From the sequence record PV472050.1: a stretch of DNA of 64,000 bases; one strand, written 5' to 3'. Below the pieces are notes generated by a model, which saw only the letters and a list, made by a program, of their open reading frames with translations, was not told the origin of the DNA and did not search any database. Positions within the stretch are counted from its first letter, which is position 1; each line of letters opens with the position of its first letter. This document shows positions 51,291 through 60,257 of the stretch, one piece after another. The translations under genes were made by a program, and so were the position numbers.

Positions 51291-52760
51291 ATGAGCACAC
51301 CTCTTCTGTTTACCCAAGAGTTGGAATCGTCGGATACGTTGATTGTTGATCTTCCGTTTTCCCCTATCTTCGATATGTTAAACACCGAGATCTTGATGAG
51401 TGCATCAGGCGTGGCGTATAACAACGGGGGTCTTTGTCGTAACAATGCGATCGCCGGTGGAAACAACACCCAGAAGACCGGGATGACCGTACTGGGTATG
51501 GCACGGGTCCTGATTCGGTTTAAAGGGTCGGTTGTTTTCTTCTTTGATATTGAGGCCACCTTCTCTGTAGACCGTCTGGCGGAAATGGTAGACCGAGAGA
51601 TCGGTATTCCCGAGTACTTCAACGAACAGATACTCGGTAAGCGATTCTTCTACTTCTCTCGGAATGATTTGGTAAATTCTTGTGATGGAGCCTTTGTTCA
51701 TGACAAGTTCAAATGGCTTAAAGAGAAGGTTACTGAACAGATTAAAGCCAAAGCTGATATCTTCATGAAGACCCCCTTTATTGACAGGGAAGGCAAACCC
51801 GTTAAGATTATTACCCCTATTCTGTGTGTGGTCGACTCTATCTCCGAAATGCCTTTCCAGCGTGTATCGGAGCATTTCCAGGAAGGGGAAGTCGATCAAG
51901 GCGGGGAGAAGAAGACTCGGGATTTGGTGATTGGCAACCTCCGCCGGATTGTCTATGAAGACGCGGATATCTTGGGTGGGGTATCGGGTTGCTACCAGAT
52001 TTGGGTAGCTCAGGTTGTTGATAAGATCAATATGAACAGCCGTCCTGAAGAGAAGGAATCAGTCTTCATTCGTCCAGGGAAGAAACTGAAAGGTCCTAAG
52101 GCCATGATGCGTATTCCGCAGATTGGGCATGAGATCCTTAAAGGGTCGGTGCTTAAAGGTGGGAGCAACGGCCAAGAGTGGTTGTACCCGAATCCCTTCG
52201 GTAAGGACGTTATCGTGACGACCGACGCTAAAGAAATGCCTGACTTGATGCTTTACAGTAGTCAACCCTATCGGAATAAGGCGGGGATGTCAGGTATTAA
52301 CGCGTTCTTCATTGGTTCCCAGTCCATGGGGATTCAAGAAGGTCTGACCATGTACCATGTACTGAAGACAGCTAAGTACTTCGGTCTGGAAGGGAGTGAC
52401 CGCAGTCATCACTGCATTCTGTACCCTGATCTGAAGGTGGGTCGTACCACTGTATGGGAAAATACCATTGAAGACCGTAAATTCCTGCGAGCACTGACCA
52501 TCATTTACCACCTGTGGTTCATGCAAACCTTCTGGCTGACACTCCCCCACAAATACCGTCTGACTCCTCAGGCATTGTACGACGGTATTATTGCTCAAGG
52601 ACTGGACTGGAATGATATTCTGGAGAACACGGTAGACTACTGGTACACCAATCCAGATATTGACAAGTACACCGTTACAACGTATGAGCTCATTCGTATT
52701 GCACTGGGTGAACGTAAACCTTACTGGAAAGAGAAAGGTGCGCCTAAGGCTATTGTTTAA
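51291..52760 (+). CDS. RecA/UvsX-like recombinase (phiKZ gp152-like)
   Basis: Walker A-like AGGNNTQKTG, FFFDIEATFS and Walker B LCVVDSISEM. Confidence 0.8.
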   Translation: MSTPLLFTQELESSDTLIVDLPFSPIFDMLNTEILMSASGVAYNNGGLCRNNAIAGGNNTQKTGMTVLGMARVLIRFKGSVVFFFDIEATFSVDRLAEMVDREIGIPEYFNEQILGKRFFYFSRNDLVNSCDGAFVHDKFKWLKEKVTEQIKAKADIFMKTPFIDREGKPVKIITPILCVVDSISEMPFQRVSEHFQEGEVDQGGEKKTRDLVIGNLRRIVYEDADILGGVSGCYQIWVAQVVDKINMNSRPEEKESVFIRPGKKLKGPKAMMRIPQIGHEILKGSVLKGGSNGQEWLYPNPFGKDVIVTTDAKEMPDLMLYSSQPYRNKAGMSGINAFFIGSQSMGIQEGLTMYHVLKTAKYFGLEGSDRSHHCILYPDLKVGRTTVWENTIEDRKFLRALTIIYHLWFMQTFWLTLPHKYRLTPQALYDGIIAQGLDWNDILENTVDYWYTNPDIDKYTVTTYELIRIALGERKPYWKEKGAPKAIV

Positions 52761-52818
52761 ATAAAGGGTGGGAGGATAGCCTGTGTCCTCCCACCCCGAC
52801 TCTGTAAAGGACCCCCTC

Positions 52819-53193
52819 ATGGAAACAGCACCGTGCCCCACCACCATTCTCATTATGGCGGACAGTAACTTTATTAATCTTTGCCTGGATCCGTTCGACT
52901 ACATCAGGCGGTTGAAAGAACGGGTGTCTGCTGTGCGGGAGGATAGCCCGTTGTTGTATACTGTCAGTGGTCGCTATGGTGTGAGCGCCATTGACAGTGA
53001 AATCCCGGTGATTGAAGTGAATGACCGGAATAAGACCCTCTTCAGTCAAACCTTGGAGAACTGCTCCATGTTGTTTGATGAACTCCTGGCGATCAGTACG
53101 GTCGAGAGTGATCCCTTTATTAACTCCGCCAAAGAAGTGATTACGTTGGCCAACAAGACGTTTACACATTACAAATACCCGAGGAAAGTGTAA
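52819..53193 (+). CDS. Hypothetical protein
   Basis: ATG 52819 after aaagga, downstream of the hairpin at 52766-52796. Confidence 0.65.
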   Translation: METAPCPTTILIMADSNFINLCLDPFDYIRRLKERVSAVREDSPLLYTVSGRYGVSAIDSEIPVIEVNDRNKTLFSQTLENCSMLFDELLAISTVESDPFINSAKEVITLANKTFTHYKYPRKV

Positions 53194-53870
53194 TGGCTGG
53201 TAACCGGAAGGCATTTGAAGAACATGTGTATAAAGCCTTTGGCCCTCTGACCAAAGGGGGTGGCAATAAGAAGATTTATGAGAAACTCTTTGCCACTATG
53301 GACGATGACGCTTTTGAAGACTTCGTCCAGTGGTTGGAAAAAGGGAATCCGCTAGCGATTTGGGCCAGTAACTTTGTTCCTGAAGAGAAACTGAATTTTG
53401 ATAACCTGATGAGACTCTGTAAACAGTTCGGTATTGAAGTTGAACACCAACTGGTTATTTACGACGAAGACACCGGGATCAAGTCACTGACCGCTTATAA
53501 GGCGATTGTAGGACGTGCTGAAGTCCGTAAACAACGTCAGATGTTGTCCAAGAAGTTCAGTGCGGCTAAGAACGACTACGAAATCGATGACCTCACCGGT
53601 CAACCCATGGGGGACAGCCGGAGTGCGGGGATCAGCGGTCCTGAGGTTACCGTACTGCGTAACCTGGGTTTGAACATCATGGCGAATGAACTGTACAACG
53701 TTAAAGGCGGCGACCAAGAGGCCTTTAAGGCGTACAAGAACGATTTGTTGACCACCGGTAAGACTACCACCAATGGGAGCCTGCGTAAAGGCTCGGGTAC
53801 CAAGGTGCTGAGCACGGTCCACCACCTCATGCGTGGTCGTCATATCGACACTAACTTTAACCAGAAGTGA
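53193..53870 (+). CDS. Virion RNA polymerase beta-subunit C-terminal fragment (phiKZ gp149-like)
   Basis: DDLTGQPMGDSRSAGISGPEVTVLRNLGLNIMANELYNVKGGD parallels RpoB [46 protein letters not shown]. Confidence 0.8.
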   Translation: MAGNRKAFEEHVYKAFGPLTKGGGNKKIYEKLFATMDDDAFEDFVQWLEKGNPLAIWASNFVPEEKLNFDNLMRLCKQFGIEVEHQLVIYDEDTGIKSLTAYKAIVGRAEVRKQRQMLSKKFSAAKNDYEIDDLTGQPMGDSRSAGISGPEVTVLRNLGLNIMANELYNVKGGDQEAFKAYKNDLLTTGKTTTNGSLRKGSGTKVLSTVHHLMRGRHIDTNFNQK

Positions 53871-53879
53871 TCTCTCCCC

Positions 53880-54293
53880 ATGGATAAACTCATTCATTTG
53901 TCGAATACCATTCAAGAAGTATGGTTAGACCTGTCAACCGGAGAAGCTCCTTCTCCCATTATTCAGAACTTCTCGTCGCTTATCAACCGTCCTTTGATCT
54001 GTTTTAACGAAGCCTATTCAGTCTTTATGTCCCAAGTGGGAAGTAGGAGTGATCTCTTCGACAGTTGGGTCAGTATTCAAATGATGGTTATCACCCGCTT
54101 GGGTGAGCATCAGGTGGCTTTCAGTCAGTTCAGTCAAATGTTCAAGGAAGTCTTTAAGACCATTGAAGGGGGTAATGGACTGGATATTTCCGATGAGAAT
54201 GAATATAAACGCTGGAGTTTCTTGATTGCTTTAGCGTTTAGGGTGTATACCACTCATTTCATTGTACCCCCATCTAAAGGACGTAAGGCATGA
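53880..54293 (+). CDS. Hypothetical protein
   Basis: 137 aa, coupled to neighbouring genes. Confidence 0.7.
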   Translation: MDKLIHLSNTIQEVWLDLSTGEAPSPIIQNFSSLINRPLICFNEAYSVFMSQVGSRSDLFDSWVSIQMMVITRLGEHQVAFSQFSQMFKEVFKTIEGGNGLDISDENEYKRWSFLIALAFRVYTTHFIVPPSKGRKA

Positions 54294-55072
54294 ATCGGGT
54301 ATTAACCGCCTACGCGGATGTGGACAGTCTCTTCGATTATCGGAGGGGATTGATTCAGAAGTGGTTAACACGAGACATGGCTGTTAGCGATGAAAACAGC
54401 TTGAGTGATGAAGCCTTTGCAGCGTATCAAGAGAAACGCCGGCTTCAAGGGGACACCCTGTGGGAACTTCATATTGAGAAGAACTACAGGGAGAGAAGGA
54501 TGGATACGTTTAATTATCCGTTCTTTGGGTTCACCCGACAGATATTCAGGGAACTCTATCAGAAACGGAGCTTACGGGATTGGGGGTACGGGTATTACCC
54601 TACCGGGTTCCTGTCTAATTTCGTTAAGGTGATTATCGAGCATGAACAACTGACCGATAAACCTATCGAGATCAAAGGGATTACCCTCACGATCAACTGT
54701 TTCCCTTATGTCATGGATACAGCCCTTAAGGAGGAGTTGATCGAGCACGTTAAGACTCGGTTAGGCTACCGGGTAGAGGTGAAGACCGTTGATGACGACA
54801 TTATCAATGCGACACCCTCCTACTATCGACAGTTCGATTATGTCTTCAAATATGACTTCCTGTTGAATGAAGACTACAAGTCCTTCTTTGAGAACGTCGG
54901 TAAACCGCCTATTCCTGATACGGCGTTTTTGGTTCCAGATCTCCTGGTTCAAGAAACCGAGTATTTAGAAGGGAGTATTTATGACCGTATCTTCGCCCAA
55001 TCCATTGCGTTAGCTCCTGTATTGAAATTGATTCCGATCAATAAAGGTTTCTATGATTACTTGACGGACTAA
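54290..55072 (+). CDS. Hypothetical protein
   Basis: 260 aa; 4-bp overlap with the upstream gene. Confidence 0.75.
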   Translation: MNRVLTAYADVDSLFDYRRGLIQKWLTRDMAVSDENSLSDEAFAAYQEKRRLQGDTLWELHIEKNYRERRMDTFNYPFFGFTRQIFRELYQKRSLRDWGYGYYPTGFLSNFVKVIIEHEQLTDKPIEIKGITLTINCFPYVMDTALKEELIEHVKTRLGYRVEVKTVDDDIINATPSYYRQFDYVFKYDFLLNEDYKSFFENVGKPPIPDTAFLVPDLLVQETEYLEGSIYDRIFAQSIALAPVLKLIPINKGFYDYLTD

Positions 55073-55081
55073 CCCCTTTAT

Positions 55082-55111
55082 TAACTGGGTGGGGAAATCC
55101 CCACCCAGTTA
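55082..55111. terminator. Bidirectional hairpin
   Basis: taactgggtgggga-aa-tccccacccagtta. Confidence 0.7.
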
Positions 55112-55122
55112 TGTTCGCTTGG

Positions 55123-55635
55123 TTAAATTTCCTCACCATCGATATCCACCAGCTGATTCCCCTGGACCAGCTCTTCTTCCGTAATGGGACTCAAGGTAGG
55201 ATCCAGAGGCAGGGGTTTAGAGGGATCCAGTACGAACTGCGAGAACTCAAAGGTGGGGAGTTTAATCCCTCCACTTTGAATACGCTCCATAGCCTCCAGC
55301 ATTTGGTTAAAGGCCAGTCGGTTGCCTTCATTCTCTTTCTTCTTAGCCCGCTCTTTACGGTCATCCCGTACGGTCTTCTCAATCTGCGCAATAATCTGTG
55401 TGACCCCTTCCAGCAGATGCGCGTTCTTCGGATTATCCAAATACGCAGACATAGCGTATTCTAGAATGAAAGCCCGGTTACGTTGTACTACCTTAACCAG
55501 TTCTTCCTGTTCGATATCCTCCAGATTACCAGTCATTGCCTTACGGAGTTCTTCCAGAACCGTTTGCATTTTATCCGTATCCAAAGGACTGGCTTTCTTC
55601 TTTTCCTTTTCGGGTGTGTCGTCAGGCGTTTCCAT
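55123..55635 (-). CDS. Hypothetical protein (helical, charged)
   Basis: 170-aa ORF. Confidence 0.7.
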   Translation of the reverse strand: METPDDTPEKEKKKASPLDTDKMQTVLEELRKAMTGNLEDIEQEELVKVVQRNRAFILEYAMSAYLDNPKNAHLLEGVTQIIAQIEKTVRDDRKERAKKKENEGNRLAFNQMLEAMERIQSGGIKLPTFEFSQFVLDPSKPLPLDPTLSPITEEELVQGNQLVDIDGEEI

Positions 55636-55643
55636 GATTTTTC

Positions 55644-55663
55644 AGACCTACATTATTCGTTTG
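55644..55663 (+). promoter_or_regulatory. Phage promoter motif, copy 10
   Basis: agacctacattattcgtttg. Confidence 0.7.
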
Positions 55664-55684
55664 AGTGGTTAGGAGTATGTGTAA

Positions 55685-56263
55685 ATGGCACTAACTAAAC
55701 GGGCTCTATTCAGGTGGTTAAGCTGGATACCTGGTATAGGTAACCTGTTTAACCGAAAACTGGATTCCCTCACGATCGAGCAGCTGACTGAGATTAATCA
55801 ACGGTTCTCTAAGGCTTCAGTACGGTTCGCAGCTCAGATCCAGGATCTATACGATTGCTTAAAGCCCCTAAATACGTCCTTTGACATCGATCCGAGGGTC
55901 TACCTACCCTTACCTATTGAACTGTCAACAAAGTCCTCTAAGGACGCTCACAGGCTGGTAGAGAGGGTACTGTCAGGTTACTCGTGGAACCCTGACGAAC
56001 ACTTCGTGAGTAACATGATCGAACACTACCCCAGTTTCCTGGACTGGTACAGTAACGGTTACAGTCTCGACGGGTATTACCAGGGGATGCTGAAACTCAT
56101 GGAACTATACTGTACCTTATTCCCCGTTATACCGAATGAGGACGATCCTGTTGAATGTCATCCTGTCGTAGAGAACTTCTTAACCAGCCGGTGGTTTAGG
56201 CTGATGGTTATTGACCTGATCAAAATACTGACTCTGGTACTTATCCAACGTCGGGGAGGTTAA
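55685..56263 (+). CDS. Hypothetical protein
   Basis: RBS aggag; 192 aa. Confidence 0.75.
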   Translation: MALTKRALFRWLSWIPGIGNLFNRKLDSLTIEQLTEINQRFSKASVRFAAQIQDLYDCLKPLNTSFDIDPRVYLPLPIELSTKSSKDAHRLVERVLSGYSWNPDEHFVSNMIEHYPSFLDWYSNGYSLDGYYQGMLKLMELYCTLFPVIPNEDDPVECHPVVENFLTSRWFRLMVIDLIKILTLVLIQRRGG

Positions 56264-56698
56264 ATGGAAGCAAACAGAAAGAGACCCAAAGCCAGCCGGT
56301 TGGAGAGTATCTCCCACAAGTTTGTACGGGATGAAGAACTCAGAGATCCCCCCGCCCGGTTATTCCGGGCAATTCTGAACAAAGTGGTTCCTACCCCTCA
56401 CAAGTGGAAGAACTACTTACGGGATTATCTGGAGTATGTGGTGACCACCCGAGATCCCCAACGGGCTAAGACCGAACGCATTACCCGGCAAGGTAACATT
56501 AAGGCAACCTATTTCCAAAGCTATACGTTAACCTTCCAGAAACTCTTGGAAGGGTTGTCTATCCTACGGATGAAATCTTGCAGAATCATCATCGAGGTTG
56601 TTGATGAACACGGTGAAATACTCACAGTGGAAGAAACCATTCGCATCGTAGAGAAGAAGCGTTTGGAGAAACCCATTGTGGATGAACCGGAAGAGTGA
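56264..56698 (+). CDS. Hypothetical basic protein
   Basis: RBS ggggagg; 144 aa. Confidence 0.75.
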   Translation: MEANRKRPKASRLESISHKFVRDEELRDPPARLFRAILNKVVPTPHKWKNYLRDYLEYVVTTRDPQRAKTERITRQGNIKATYFQSYTLTFQKLLEGLSILRMKSCRIIIEVVDEHGEILTVEETIRIVEKKRLEKPIVDEPEE

Positions 56699-56703
56699 AT
56701 GCA

Positions 56704-56731
56704 GGAGTAGGTGCGCTAGCGCACCTACTCC
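56704..56731. terminator. Perfect 28-bp palindrome / hairpin
   Basis: ggagtaggtgcgctagcgcacctactcc, followed by a T-rich tract. Confidence 0.7.
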
Positions 56732-56767
56732 CCTTCCCCTTTATTCTTTATTTTTTGGAGTGCCGCT

Positions 56768-57877
56768 ATGGGTATCCTTGACGGGTTCAATCTGTCTTCG
56801 GGTATTAATGCCTTTAAGAAAGAAACCGAAACCGCAATGCGGGGGGTTAAAAGTGAAACCCTAACCCCTATTGATGTCACCGCCAGTCGTCTTAAAGAAG
56901 GGGTGGCTCTTACTAACCCGAATGACACCACACTCAAGTCAACCATCACCGCGTACCGGAGTTCGGTTGTAGAAGCCCTAGACGGTGTTATTGGAGCCCT
57001 GTCAGGCGGTTTACTCAATACGAAGGACATTACCCGAGCCATTCGTATTGATAGCAATGGGGTCAGTTTCAGTGATGATGACTTGATTACCGCGGCAGGG
57101 AGTCAAATGGGTGTTAACGTCTGGGGTAAGAACGGCGTTAAGCAACTCATCGCAGACACTCTCACCGCAGAATTCAATCGACTCACTGGATTGAATGTGG
57201 GTCAGATTATCCAGGTCGGTTATGGTGATCAAGGTTCACCCTTCCGTATCAATGACAGTTGGAGAACTCAGCTCGGTAGCGCCACCCTCGATATGCTCAG
57301 GGATTATACCGGTATTGATGAGTTTGTAGACGTCAGTGTTCAATCGGCGTTTTACAACGCCATCCTGTACAACTCGGCGATGTACGGGATGAGTGACAGT
57401 TATAAAACCCAATGGGATAACTACCCGTATCTCTCTCTGAGACAAGATGCTTTTATTGAAGCTATTCAGTACATGATTACGAATGGGGATGTCGAGAGTA
57501 TCAGTAAGGTCTTTGAACTCATTAACACCGAAGGCAAGAATACCTTACTGAGTAAATACCCGGATTTCATTGAAACCCTCTTTACGAAGTTCTCCTTCGA
57601 CAGTCAAGTCCACAGTGAAGAGCACCCCGCCATTCGTACGAAACTCTTAAACGTCTTAGAAACGGTAGCTGGTAAAGAGTGGTATTACCGGGAGACCCAA
57701 TTCGGTAAAGCGTACAACCTGGGGTTGGTATCGAACATCAGTGACGACATGGTAACCCTGTTAACACCTGTTGAAGAGTTGATTCCCCTCTTAACCACCC
57801 GGGGGATCTTTCAGACTGAACGGGCAACGGATGTATTGAATCAATCCTTCCCGAACGCCCCTATTCGCATTAAATAA
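56768..57877 (+). CDS. Hypothetical protein, probably virion structural
   Basis: 369 aa, RBS ggag. Confidence 0.7.
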   Translation: MGILDGFNLSSGINAFKKETETAMRGVKSETLTPIDVTASRLKEGVALTNPNDTTLKSTITAYRSSVVEALDGVIGALSGGLLNTKDITRAIRIDSNGVSFSDDDLITAAGSQMGVNVWGKNGVKQLIADTLTAEFNRLTGLNVGQIIQVGYGDQGSPFRINDSWRTQLGSATLDMLRDYTGIDEFVDVSVQSAFYNAILYNSAMYGMSDSYKTQWDNYPYLSLRQDAFIEAIQYMITNGDVESISKVFELINTEGKNTLLSKYPDFIETLFTKFSFDSQVHSEEHPAIRTKLLNVLETVAGKEWYYRETQFGKAYNLGLVSNISDDMVTLLTPVEELIPLLTTRGIFQTERATDVLNQSFPNAPIRIK

Positions 57878-57888
57878 CCCTAACGAAG

Positions 57889-57920
57889 ACTCCCCTACCC
57901 CTTAATTGGGGTAGGGGAGT
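57889..57920. terminator. Bidirectional hairpin
   Basis: actcccctacccc-ttaatt-ggggtaggggagt. Confidence 0.75.
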
Positions 57921-57997
57921 TATTACTGAATAAGTTCTTTTATCAATACAAAATAGAAGAGGTGTGCTTAGAAACGGGGGCGTGAAACGAGTTAGTT

Positions 57998-60190
57998 CTA
58001 TCTTGCAAGAGGTTTTGTCGTTATGCGAAGTATATCACCCACCACGGAATCGTTGATTTTAGCCGCGATGTTGTCAGAACGAATACTGGTCTTAATATCC
58101 GTGACCACACCCGTCAGTTGACGGTTCAAACGCGACCACCGCAGAATGGTATCCAGGTAGTCCATCCCTGTGATACGACTGGCAAAGTTGTTGAACGCAC
58201 TGTCATCCGACAGAATACGACTGACCACCGCATTCGGATTAGTAAGATCCAGGATGCTAATGGACCGATCAATAGGAAGGGTGACCAGGGGTTCCAGATC
58301 GGTAATCTGTAAACTGGCCGTCATATTCAACGGTTTACGATCACGAGTCCACCCTGCATCTCCTTCCCCCAGGGTCAGATCCAGTTGAGTCACCAGACCG
58401 GTACGGATGATTCCACGAGACTTACAGAAAGCTTTCACGTAGAAGGGTGAGGTATGGGTTCCACCACCTGAGGTATTACCGGCCACTAAGGGCAGTAGGA
58501 GGGAAATCAATACCCAGATCTTAACAATCTGCTCATACGGGTGTGCGTAGTTACACACTGACTTAATGGTGTAGGTCTCCGTATGGAGATTGCAGGAGGA
58601 TTCAGTCCAGTGGTCAGGGATCTTGACGTAACTGTTATTGGCAACAGCCAGGGGGATATTTCCAATAACAGACCCGGAAAGGGCTCCCATAGCCGCGTCT
58701 TTAACAATGTTAATCAGTCCATCGACAATGGCTAAGCCAGTTTGACCTTTAGCCACATCGAAGGTGAAGTCATTGGTAGTGCGAACAATGGAATTGAACT
58801 TCTCCGCCATAGGCGATTGCCCAGTGCTATTAGAGAAGGAATCCCGAGTAGCTCCCCCGTTCCCCTCTACGCGGAAGGTGATCCCATCCATACCACCGGC
58901 TACAGCGGTTTTAACGAGGTCGTAAATATCTCCCATCCAGGTACGATCGTTAGGGTTGTCTTCGTAGTAGAACTGATCCCCATTGTTAATAGCGGGATTA
59001 GCGGTTACCGAGGGGGTAGCGGGAGAGGGGCGTTGAGGCCGTTCGTTGGGGTTTACAGGAGGAGCTGAAGTACCATAAGACCCACCCGTTCCCATAGGCT
59101 GCATGGTGGAGGTGGGTTGTCCGTCAGGTCCGGTTGGGGGTTGTTCCAGTTCAAGGTTGGCAATTCCATATTGCTTATTACGTGCAGGGTCGATGTCTTG
59201 ATAAGCGCCTCGGTTGAGGTAGGCGCTGTCTTCTTCAACATAGTTGGGTTCGTTATCACCCCGGTATTTACCGACTGTGCTCATTTCCTTTTCAATATAC
59301 TCTTGAGAAGGTCTGCCAGCGGTTACCGAACGATCGAAGGTGACTTCTTGAAGGATTTGTTTGGCTCGTTCCAATTTCTGTTGGGGGGAGTTAATTGAAA
59401 CGTCGTTGTCCATAGAGGCCAGACGTTCCAACATCACCCGGTGTTTACGCACCCCTTTATTGACCAACCGCATCAGGTCAATAGTCCCATCCTGGTTGAC
59501 GCAATCAGGAAAGAGGGTAGACAAACTGGAAACGGCTTTACTGTTGTCGTAATCGGGTTTAAGACCGTACAGGGGATCGGTCTGTTGCTGGTTCATCTTA
59601 GGTAGGATGGGATCAATGTACCCCAGTTTCACCATGAAGTCATTCAGTACGCCGGTAGCCACCATGGTGTACGCCCCAACCGCAGGCTTAACAGTCCAGA
59701 ACTGATGCTTGGGGGAATCTGCTAAGAATGCCAGGAATTGTGTACTGATACTCAACAGCTGCATAGGCCAAAAGGCAATAGAACCGATGGCTTGCCCCAT
59801 GTAGAACGACAGACTGGGCGCCCGCCCTTTGTTGGCAATGATAGCCGCTGCGGGAGAGAACATGTTTGTAATGAATGACAGCAGACCAGCGAACTGAGCC
59901 ACGCCTGGGGTAATGGTTAAGAGAGTGGCGTTGTTGTCGTAGATCTCTTTATACATGGAGCCGAATCCCCCTTCTGGGGTGACCATTAACCGTCCGTACC
60001 GGGGATCGGTCGCAGGGCTCCATTGAGGCACAGGGTTCACAAAGCGGTTATCCCCTGTTGCACTACTGAAAACGTTGAAATATTTGTCCCAATCGAGGAT
60101 GTCTAATACTTCACTCGGTGGGATACCGCGGGTTAACAGACGGAACGATTTCGTGATAATGTCCCGGTCGCGTGTCGTCACCTGAGCCAT
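57998..60190 (-). CDS. Tail/baseplate structural protein (phiKZ gp182-like position; tail-tube-like C-terminal fold)
   Basis: ATG 60190 after agga. The segment VTQLDLTLGEGDAGWTRDRKPLNMTASLQITDL resembles tube-initiator proteins. It lies directly downstream of the giant tail gene. Confidence 0.55.
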   Translation of the reverse strand: MAQVTTRDRDIITKSFRLLTRGIPPSEVLDILDWDKYFNVFSSATGDNRFVNPVPQWSPATDPRYGRLMVTPEGGFGSMYKEIYDNNATLLTITPGVAQFAGLLSFITNMFSPAAAIIANKGRAPSLSFYMGQAIGSIAFWPMQLLSISTQFLAFLADSPKHQFWTVKPAVGAYTMVATGVLNDFMVKLGYIDPILPKMNQQQTDPLYGLKPDYDNSKAVSSLSTLFPDCVNQDGTIDLMRLVNKGVRKHRVMLERLASMDNDVSINSPQQKLERAKQILQEVTFDRSVTAGRPSQEYIEKEMSTVGKYRGDNEPNYVEEDSAYLNRGAYQDIDPARNKQYGIANLELEQPPTGPDGQPTSTMQPMGTGGSYGTSAPPVNPNERPQRPSPATPSVTANPAINNGDQFYYEDNPNDRTWMGDIYDLVKTAVAGGMDGITFRVEGNGGATRDSFSNSTGQSPMAEKFNSIVRTTNDFTFDVAKGQTGLAIVDGLINIVKDAAMGALSGSVIGNIPLAVANNSYVKIPDHWTESSCNLHTETYTIKSVCNYAHPYEQIVKIWVLISLLLPLVAGNTSGGGTHTSPFYVKAFCKSRGIIRTGLVTQLDLTLGEGDAGWTRDRKPLNMTASLQITDLEPLVTLPIDRSISILDLTNPNAVVSRILSDDSAFNNFASRITGMDYLDTILRWSRLNRQLTGVVTDIKTSIRSDNIAAKINDSVVGDILRITTKPLAR

Positions 60191-60257
60191 CGTGAATAAA
60201 TTCCTAAGGTTAACTAAAAGAGGCGGGGAGTACATCGTACTCCCCTATTAAGATGGA

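Noticed and set aside
52766-52796. Hairpin sequestering GGAGGA and the GTG at 52783, as a possible translational switch
   Set aside because: ATG 52819 with its own RBS lies outside the stem, so the hairpin is more simply an intergenic terminator-like element.
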